From an uncultured Lachnospiraceae bacterium (GTDB lineage Bacteria > Bacillota > Clostridia > Christensenellales > UBA1242): a stretch of DNA of 64,000 nucleotides. The notes beneath the pieces were generated by a model that worked only from the letters and a program-made list of their open reading frames with translations, was not told the DNA's origin and did no database searches. The stretch covers positions 80,836 to 144,835 of the forward strand of contig CAZRJB010000001.1 of the NCBI GenBank assembly GCA_964600435.1, in the 5' to 3' direction. How positions within the stretch are numbered: the stretch's first letter is position 1; every line of letters begins with the position of its first letter. This document shows, piece by piece, positions 20,488 through 27,244 of this stretch. Position numbers and translations under genes: made by a program.

Positions 20488-20571
20488 TTAACAAACAATG
20501 TTTGAACAAGAAAAGACCAACGTATTATGATTATAAATATAAAATTGTTTTTTGTTTAGATTAATAATCAA
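20488..20571 (-). CDS. 27-codon leader ORF upstream of the ABC exporter: (M)IINLNKKQFYIYNHNTLVFSCSNIVC
   Basis: AAAGGAGG (complement of 20580-20587) is followed by an 8-nt spacer and a TTG start at 20571. The stop TAA is at 20490-20488. The last 6 codons lie in an 8-bp hairpin, CAAACATT/AATGTTTG (20482-20504). Confidence 0.4.
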   Translation of the reverse strand: MIINLNKKQFYIYNHNTLVFSCSNIVC

Positions 20572-20754
20572 TTGTTTAGCCTCCTTTTGTTTATTTTATT
20601 AATCATTGTTTTTATGTTAACACTCAAATAATCAGTTTGTCAATGTTTTTTTATTTAAACTTTGTATTTTAATCTTTATTTGAATATTTTTTTGCTTAAA
20701 GAACATCCTAATCACAACTGTTCAAGTTTATATTTCTAAAAAGTGGAGATAATT

Positions 20755-20982
20755 ATGAATGATTTTAAAAAGTTAAACAAAGAGTTATCAGAAAACATTC
20801 ATCTAAAAAATGTTTTAACTGAATATGCATTACCAAATTCTGAAGAAATTCATAGTATGATATGTGGATATTCTTTTTCTAGAGAACTTGGTGACGAAAT
20901 TGCTCTCTTTGAAACTGCGGAATCCATAGACTATTTTAAGTATGAAAAGGAATTATGCAAGTTAAAGAAGTCGAAAACGTAA
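20755..20982 (+). CDS. mazE: MazE/EndoAI-type antitoxin (RHH-like), 75 aa
   Basis: It lies directly upstream of mazF and overlaps it by 28 nt. GGAG lies 6 nt before the ATG at 20755. There is loose resemblance to the B. subtilis EndoAI RHH strand ([11 protein letters not shown] versus ISLPENLVAELD). Confidence 0.6.
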   Translation: MNDFKKLNKELSENIHLKNVLTEYALPNSEEIHSMICGYSFSRELGDEIALFETAESIDYFKYEKELCKLKKSKT

Positions 20983-21326
20983 AACGTGGTGAAATTTATT
21001 ATGCAGATTTAAGTCCTGTTGTTGGAAGTGAGCAGGGCGGAGTTAGACCTGTGCTTATAATTCAAAATGACATTGGAAACAAATATTCTCCAACCGTGAT
21101 TGTTTGTGCAATAACAAGCCAGTTAACAAAAGCAAAAATGCCAACTCACATAGAACTCTCTGGGCAAACATACAACTTACCAAAAAATTCTGTTTGTTTG
21201 CTTGAGCAAATCCGAACATTAGACAAAAGACGTCTTAAAGAAAAAATATCGTTTTTGGATGGAAACAAAATGAAAGAAATAGACCGTGCAATTTTAATTA
21301 GTTTGGGCTTTTTTGAAAAGAATTAA
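20955..21326 (+). CDS. mazF: MazF/EndoA-family mRNA interferase toxin
   Basis: [46 protein letters not shown] is nearly identical in pattern to B. subtilis EndoA (NdoA). Confidence 0.92.
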   Translation: MQVKEVENVKRGEIYYADLSPVVGSEQGGVRPVLIIQNDIGNKYSPTVIVCAITSQLTKAKMPTHIELSGQTYNLPKNSVCLLEQIRTLDKRRLKEKISFLDGNKMKEIDRAILISLGFFEKN

Positions 21327-21373
21327 AGAACCCAAATCAGAATACAATCATATATAAATAGCAAGGAGAAACA

Positions 21374-22504
21374 ATGAAAAAACTTGCTATTTTTTATGGC
21401 GGAAAGTCTGCAGAGCATGATATTTCAATAATAACCGCAATTCAGGTTTTAAACAATTTAAATCGGGAAAAATATGAAATTATACCAATATACATAAACA
21501 GGGATAATTCTTGGCAAATTGTAGATAATCCAACAAGCATAGATAGTTATATCAAAGAAAAAACAAAAGGCAAGTTGCTTGCAACTGGTTTTTATAAAAG
21601 TTGCCTTGTTGTTAAAAAAAAGATTGGACTTAAACAATATAAAAAAATAGATGTTGCAATAAATTGTTGCCACGGTTTAAATGGGGAAGATGGAACATTA
21701 AGTGGACTTTTAGATTTAAACAACATACCTTATGTTGGTAGCGGAGTTTTGGCATCTAGTGTTGGAATGGACAAGGTTGTAATGAAAGATTTTTTTAAAG
21801 CAAACAACATACCTTGTGCTAAATATTTCTATTTTTTTAAAAATAATTATGATAAAAACAAAATCAAAATATTATCCAATGCCGAAAAAAAATTAAACTA
21901 TCCAATAATTGTAAAACCAGCCAATTTGGGTAGCAGTATTGGCATAAACATCTCCAAAAACAGAGAAGAATTAACCAAAAACATCGAAACTGCTTTGTGC
22001 TTCGACAACAAAATAATTTTGGAAGAAATGGTTCAAAATTTAAGAGAGATAAATTGTTCTTGCATTGGTAATCAATTACAAAATGATGTTTCAATTTTAG
22101 AAGAGCCAAAAAATTGGACTAGTTTTTTAGATTTTGATGAAAAATATATTGTGGGCGGAAATAAAAAAACAATTGATGTAAAACTTGAACCAAAAATTGA
22201 AAAGTGCATTAAAACTTTAACAAAAAAAGTTTTTGAACTTTTGGGGTGTAGTGGAGTGGTTAGGTTGGATTTTTTGTTGGATGATTCTCAAAAAAGAGTT
22301 TATGTTAATGAAATAAACACAATTCCAGGTTCTTTTGCAAACTATTTATGGAAAAACAAATATAACTTTTCAGAACTGCTTGACAAACTTGTTTTGGATG
22401 CGGAAGAGGAGTATTTATGCAAAACGTCGCATAACTATGCATATAGTTCAAACGTGTTAACAAATTACAAAAGCGGAGCAAAAATAAATAAAGCGGTAAA
22501 ATAA
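21374..22504 (+). CDS. ddl: D-alanine--D-alanine ligase
   Basis: FYGGKSAEHDISI N-terminus, HGLNGEDGTLSGLL, and ATP-grasp C-terminus EINTIPG. Confidence 0.93.
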   Translation: MKKLAIFYGGKSAEHDISIITAIQVLNNLNREKYEIIPIYINRDNSWQIVDNPTSIDSYIKEKTKGKLLATGFYKSCLVVKKKIGLKQYKKIDVAINCCHGLNGEDGTLSGLLDLNNIPYVGSGVLASSVGMDKVVMKDFFKANNIPCAKYFYFFKNNYDKNKIKILSNAEKKLNYPIIVKPANLGSSIGINISKNREELTKNIETALCFDNKIILEEMVQNLREINCSCIGNQLQNDVSILEEPKNWTSFLDFDEKYIVGGNKKTIDVKLEPKIEKCIKTLTKKVFELLGCSGVVRLDFLLDDSQKRVYVNEINTIPGSFANYLWKNKYNFSELLDKLVLDAEEEYLCKTSHNYAYSSNVLTNYKSGAKINKAVK

Positions 22505-22507
22505 ACC

Positions 22508-22598
22508 AAAACTCGGAAGCAAAATTTTGAATAAAAATTCAAAATTTTAGTGCTTGTTAGCACTGGCAAAATACCATTTTGTCCTTCCGAGTTTTTTT
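22508..22598 (+). terminator. Compound terminator / 88-nt four-way-junction structured element after ddl
   Basis: The closing stem is AAAACTCGGAAG / CTTCCGAGTTTT (22508-22519 / 22584-22595) followed by a T-run. It encloses three hairpins at 22521-22548 (12 bp), 22550-22563 (5 bp) and 22565-22583 (8 bp). Confidence 0.6.
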
Positions 22599-22632
22599 GC
22601 GTAAAAAAAAGACATTAAAACGTTAACAATAA

Positions 22633-22661
22633 TTGCTAAAACGTTTTTTTTGTGGTATAAT
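22633..22661 (+). promoter_or_regulatory. Extended -10 SigA promoter of trxA
   Basis: TTGCTA (22633-22638), 17-bp spacer, TGgTATAAT (22653-22661). Confidence 0.65.
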
Positions 22662-22690
22662 AACCTTAAAGTTAAAAAAAGGAGTTTGCC

Positions 22691-22999
22691 ATGACAACAA
22701 TAAACGAACAAGAATATTCTGATTTGGTTTTAAAAAGTTCTGGTGTTGTTTTGCTAGATTTTTTTGCCCCTTGGTGTGGCCCATGCCGAATGCTTGGTCC
22801 CGTTCTTGAAGAAATTGAAACTGACCGTAAAATTTCTTTATATAAAATGAATGTGGACGAAAATCAAACCGTTCCAAGAGAATTTGGCGTTCTAAGCATT
22901 CCAACAGTTTGCATTTTTAAAGATGGTTCTTTTGTAGAAAAATTTATTGGCTATAAAAGCAAGGCAGAAATTTTAGAAATTTTAGATAAATATTTGTAG
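22691..22999 (+). CDS. trxA: Thioredoxin
   Basis: 102 aa with the WCGPC active site. Confidence 0.95.
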   Translation: MTTINEQEYSDLVLKSSGVVLLDFFAPWCGPCRMLGPVLEEIETDRKISLYKMNVDENQTVPREFGVLSIPTVCIFKDGSFVEKFIGYKSKAEILEILDKYL

Positions 23000-23006
23000 G
23001 GAAAAT

Positions 23007-23939
23007 ATGGAACAAGGTTTTTTTATTTCATCCGATGGCAAAACAAAAGTTGCATACTATATTTATTCAAACACAAACATGCCACCAAAAGCAATTTTGC
23101 AAATTTCTCATGGCATGCAAGAGCATTTAACAAGATATGAACCTTTTGCAAAATTTTTAAACAAACATGGCATCATTGTGTGCGGAAATGACCATCTTGG
23201 TCATGGCAACACTTCAAAAGGTACTCAAAATGATGGCTTTTTTGCAAATAAACATGGTGCAAACTTTGTTTTGGGTGACTTGCATAAAATGACAACAATC
23301 GCAAAACAAAAACATCCAAACTTGCCAGTTTTTTTAATGGGGCATTCAATGGGCAGTTTTTTTGCAAGGCTATATGCTTCAACATATAAAAATGAACTTG
23401 CTGGTTTGATTGTTTGTGGGACGTCTGGCAAGGTTAAAGGCTCAAATTTGGCTTTGCTTGTTCTGGATTTTTTTAAATTGTTTAAAGGCAAAAAATCACA
23501 TTCCGCTTTGGTTGAAAAGTTGATGTGTATGTCGTATTTTAAATACATTCAAAATTCAAAATCAAAGTTTGATTGGGTAACAAGCAACCAAGAAGAATTA
23601 AATAAATATCTTGCAAATGATAGGTGTCAAATCCGTTTTACCGTTGGAGCATATCACGACATGGTTAAAACTCTAAAAAAAGTTAACACAAAATCTTGGG
23701 CAAAAAAAATAGAAAAAAATCTTCCAGTCTTTTTGGTGTCTGGCGCTCAAGACCCTGTGGGGCAATACGGAAAAGGTGTTTGTCAAGTTTATTCATTGCT
23801 CGAAAAACAAAAACTTGAAAACTTAAGTTTGCGCTTGTATTCAAATGCAAGACATGAACCATTTAACGAAAATCAGCCAACAAAACACCTTTTTTATAAT
23901 GATGTTTTAAGTTTTATAAATAATTGCTTAAATAATTAA
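23007..23939 (+). CDS. Alpha/beta hydrolase (lysophospholipase / monoacylglycerol lipase-like)
   Basis: GHSMGS nucleophile elbow, HG oxyanion motif (ISHGMQEH), C-terminal D ... H. Confidence 0.8.
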   Translation: MEQGFFISSDGKTKVAYYIYSNTNMPPKAILQISHGMQEHLTRYEPFAKFLNKHGIIVCGNDHLGHGNTSKGTQNDGFFANKHGANFVLGDLHKMTTIAKQKHPNLPVFLMGHSMGSFFARLYASTYKNELAGLIVCGTSGKVKGSNLALLVLDFFKLFKGKKSHSALVEKLMCMSYFKYIQNSKSKFDWVTSNQEELNKYLANDRCQIRFTVGAYHDMVKTLKKVNTKSWAKKIEKNLPVFLVSGAQDPVGQYGKGVCQVYSLLEKQKLENLSLRLYSNARHEPFNENQPTKHLFYNDVLSFINNCLNN

Positions 23940-24057
23940 ATAAACAAACAATGTGGTTAACCCCAAAAGTTGGACAAGGTTCACTTCATCGTTCAAAAGC
24001 ATTTTCTAATTAAAGAAAATTTCAAAACAATTAAGAAAAACAAAAGTGTAGGTAAAG

Positions 24058-26385
24058 ATGAAAAAATTAAAGTTTTTAAAAATCTTTTTAATAAGTTTTG
24101 CAGTTTTTTGCACCATTTCAATTGGCGCAGTAAGTTCATATTTGTTTTTTAAAAACATTGCAAGCAACTCAGTTTCAGCAGATACTTGGGAAAATGTGGT
24201 AAAGACTTCAATAGATAATGGAACTTTTTCAAAACCTTCACAAATAGAGAATTCCAATTCTTCATTTAACGGCTATTATCAAATAAGCACTGCATCTGAA
24301 CTTGCTTGGGTGAGTTATATGGTAAATGATAATAACTCTAACTATGGCAACATAAATGTTATTCTAACTAAAAACATTGACTTATCTGGCCACAACTGGG
24401 TTCCAATTGGAATTTACAATGGCGGTAATGCTCTTTTTAATGGCACATTTGATGGTCAAGGGTTTGAAATAAAGTCTATGAAAGTCGACGGCAATTATGC
24501 ATATGCAGGTTTGTTTGGGTATGTCGCTGCAGCCGCATGCATTAAAAATGTTAAAATTATAGATGCAACTGTAAACTCAACCCTATATGCAGGTGTGGTT
24601 GCAGGTTATTCAAATTATTATTATGGTAGTGCTACTTTTAATAATATAATGGTTATAAACTCAAAAGCAATTACAACATCACAAAGCACTTCATATGCTG
24701 GTGGTGTAGTTGGATTCAAAAAATACGGAAAAATTGAAAATTGTTTTGTTATAAATGACAACGGAGAAGCAAAAATATGTGCATATACTGTATACGAACA
24801 AAATAATACATCACCGCCGTCTTATATGGGTGGAATTGTAGGCTATGGGACGTCTGGCTTAACCATACAGTATTGTTTTAATAATGCACTAATAGGTGAT
24901 GAAAATGTCGATTCAGAACAAAACTCAACAATTGCAGGTGGGATTGCTGGGTGTTTAGATAACTCCACAATTGACCAATGTTATAACACAGGAGTTATAT
25001 CCGCTAACAGCTTCATAGAGAGTTATTCCGGTGGAATATGTGGCTTTCAAGTAGGTGGAAAAATTACCAATTGCTATAACACTGGAGAGGTTAAAGTAGC
25101 AAAGGCAGGAGTTGATAGTCCAAATTGGTATGAACAAGATGAGTTTAAGGATAACTGTTATAAATTAACCAGTGGAATTGGGGAAACATGCTATGTTTAT
25201 AAAAGTAATGACTTGTTTGAAAAATTTACGAAAAGTTATGACGTTTCTCCTTATCAAACTATGTATTTATTTGCAACTCCAGCTCTAGATAATGCTGGAC
25301 AAGGATATGAAGTTTTTATTACTAAAGCAGCATGTCATTATCAAAATGGCAAAGGATATAATTATAGTCAGCCTATAATAATAAAAAAAAATAAAGGAAG
25401 AACAGGTGGGATTTCTGCATATGCAAGAAATGCAGAAATTATAAATTGTTATAATATGGGAAAAATAAACACAACCAATTGTAATTTTTCAAGACACTAT
25501 CAATTGGGATATATTTTGTTTAGAGAACACCCCAGCCGTTTTACAAACAAAGTATTATGTGATGTTGGTTATGCATATAATAATGCTACTGCTACTGGTG
25601 GTGTGGTTTTAGATTTTGAATTTGATTATGAAATTAATTCGGGTGAGATATGTGGAGAGTTGACAGATACTACAACATGTGTAAACAATTATGCCGATTC
25701 TAATGTATTATTAAATTTGCGCTGGTCCCAAAAACTCGTTTATGGAAAAAATTACTATTCAAACAACAGAGATGCGTTTTTTTATGATTATATAGATAGT
25801 AGATATAGATTAACAAACTCCACAGGCTGGTCAGTGTTAAAGCACGAGGAGGTTGATTGTGAGATTTCATCTAAAATATATGGATATAACGTAGAAGACG
25901 ATATTGTTGAATATCACATTAATAAGTGGGAATCTAAAAGAGCGATTATTTCTGAACAAGAGGCTAATACTAATACTTTAGATTGGGATTGTTATTTTTT
26001 TAAAAGTCAAATTTATTGGGGTGGAGATACATTCAATACATATCTAACATTTGATTTAACAAATATATCATCAATAAAATTTTATGCACAAAAATATTGG
26101 ACGGAGAATGATACTGTAAAGCATATTGGAGACCCAATGTGTTATGAAACCATAACTACAGGAATTGATTTAACGAAATATGGTACTAAAGAATTTAATA
26201 TTGATTATAAGGATATGATGTTTGATGACAAATCAAAGACATATACAGAGGTATATAAAAAAGAAACTGGTTGCACAATTGCTTCTTCAATCAGTGCTTC
26301 AGATTTAGATTCTGACTATTGGGCTGTTGATTCAACCGGAGTTATTAATGGTGGCATGCCATATTTAAAGGCGCTCTATTGGTAG
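24058..26385 (+). CDS. Large surface protein with GLUG-motif beta-helix repeats and an N-terminal signal/anchor
   Basis: The N-terminal hydrophobic segment is FLISFAVFCTISIGAVSSYLFF. The entry module is YQISTASELAWV ... IDLSGHNWVPIG ... FNGTFDGQGFEI. G-[LGIV]-x-G repeats recur (YAGLFGY, YAGVVAGY, YAGGVVGF, MGGIVGYG, IAGGIAGC, YSGGICGF). Confidence 0.8.
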   Translation: MKKLKFLKIFLISFAVFCTISIGAVSSYLFFKNIASNSVSADTWENVVKTSIDNGTFSKPSQIENSNSSFNGYYQISTASELAWVSYMVNDNNSNYGNINVILTKNIDLSGHNWVPIGIYNGGNALFNGTFDGQGFEIKSMKVDGNYAYAGLFGYVAAAACIKNVKIIDATVNSTLYAGVVAGYSNYYYGSATFNNIMVINSKAITTSQSTSYAGGVVGFKKYGKIENCFVINDNGEAKICAYTVYEQNNTSPPSYMGGIVGYGTSGLTIQYCFNNALIGDENVDSEQNSTIAGGIAGCLDNSTIDQCYNTGVISANSFIESYSGGICGFQVGGKITNCYNTGEVKVAKAGVDSPNWYEQDEFKDNCYKLTSGIGETCYVYKSNDLFEKFTKSYDVSPYQTMYLFATPALDNAGQGYEVFITKAACHYQNGKGYNYSQPIIIKKNKGRTGGISAYARNAEIINCYNMGKINTTNCNFSRHYQLGYILFREHPSRFTNKVLCDVGYAYNNATATGGVVLDFEFDYEINSGEICGELTDTTTCVNNYADSNVLLNLRWSQKLVYGKNYYSNNRDAFFYDYIDSRYRLTNSTGWSVLKHEEVDCEISSKIYGYNVEDDIVEYHINKWESKRAIISEQEANTNTLDWDCYFFKSQIYWGGDTFNTYLTFDLTNISSIKFYAQKYWTENDTVKHIGDPMCYETITTGIDLTKYGTKEFNIDYKDMMFDDKSKTYTEVYKKETGCTIASSISASDLDSDYWAVDSTGVINGGMPYLKALYW

Positions 26386-26427
26386 AACAAACTTTCTTTT
26401 GTAGCAAAAGAAAGTTACAAAGAAAAC

Positions 26428-26449
26428 GTGGGGGTTACGATTCCCCCAC
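26428..26449 (+). other. GC-rich hairpin in the 3' UTR of the GLUG gene
   Basis: GTGGGGG-ttacgatt-CCCCCAC, not followed by a U-tract. It is preceded by a 12-bp AT-rich hairpin at 26390-26416. Confidence 0.5.
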
Positions 26450-26462
26450 ACCCCACAAACGT

Positions 26463-26495
26463 CCCTTGGCGGAGCAGTCCGCTGGGGGATTTTTA
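26463..26495 (+). terminator. Rho-independent terminator of the GLUG gene (module copy A1)
   Basis: CCCTTGGCGGA-gcag-TCCGCTGGGGG (11 pairs including G-U wobbles) followed by ATTTTTAT. Confidence 0.7.
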
Positions 26496-27066
26496 TGTGG
26501 GTTGATTTAACTACTTGTCTTAATTACACAAATTTGGCATATGTATATTTTTTGTTATGTTTTTTATCGTGTTTTTGAATGTATGTAAACAAGTTTACAC
26601 ATTCATTCACACTCAAAAAACAAAAAGTGTGATGATGCTTTGCTCGACCTTAAAATGACTTATTTAAATTTTCCCCTTGGCGGAGTAGTCCGCTGGGGGA
26701 TTTTATGTTGGTTTGATTTGAGATTATATAGCCATATATTTTTTTGCATAATTAATTATTTTTTTGAAGTGCAATACATTGGGGGATTTTATTGTTGTAA
26801 TATTCAACAAAAAAAGACGATTAAAAATCAATATTTAAATATAACGCTAATTTGGCATATTTAAATTAAACGTGCCATCCGCTGGGGGATTTTTTTGTGG
26901 GTTGATTTAACTACTTGCTTTAATTATGCAAATTTGGCATATTTAAGGTTAGCTTAAAGACCACTAAAATTTAATATTTAATTACACAAATTTGGCATAT
27001 TTTGCAGTCTGCTGGAGTATAAGGTTAATTTACTAAAACACAAAAAATTATATCATTTTGGCATAC
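26463..27066 (+). repeat. Degenerate dispersed repeat array: terminator-like module plus TTTGGCATAT box
   Basis: Copies A1 (26478-26542) and A3 (26878-26942) are 60/65 identical, exactly 400 bp apart. A2 (26673-26739) has an intact hairpin plus T-run. The 23-mer TTAATTACACAAATTTGGCATAT is exact at 26520-26542 and 26978-27000. TTTGGCATA(T/C) boxes start at 26533, 26851, 26933, 26991 and 27057. Confidence 0.85.
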
Positions 27067-27244
27067 ATATGTTAAATATGGAAACTGCTTATTTTTTAAA
27101 AAAATGTTTTTAGGCGTTTAATTTGTTTTATTTTTTTTATTATTATATGTTAAAATTATATAAATAATTTTAAAAGATATACAAAAGTCAATAATAAATA
27201 TATCTTAAAATTATACAAATAATAAATCAAAAAGGGGATTGTTT

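Noticed and set aside
17350-21330. A tRNA-Arg-associated genomic islet (orphan rfbB, ABC exporter, mazEF)
   Set aside because: There is no integrase or recombinase, I could find no direct repeat of the tRNA 3' end downstream, and no clear compositional break is visible by eye. The idea cannot be excluded without comparative genomics, but the sequence alone does not support it.
26640-26864. The 74-aa plus-strand ORF inside the repeat tract
   Set aside because: It has no RBS and starts at TTG. It runs straight through the terminator-like module A2, and its product is low-complexity and Cys/Phe/Ile-rich. I treat it as spurious.
26463-27066. A CRISPR array
   Set aside because: The repeats are degenerate (92% identity or less), the spacing is irregular (211, 189, then 58-82 bp for the short boxes), the units contain terminator hairpins, and no cas genes are present.
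26533-27066. Sigma-54 (-24/-12) promoters at the TTTGGCATAT boxes
   Set aside because: TGGCA resembles the -24 element. However, no box has a TTGC(A) -12 element at the required spacing. The best case, TGGCATATTTTGCA at 26993, is 2 nt too short.
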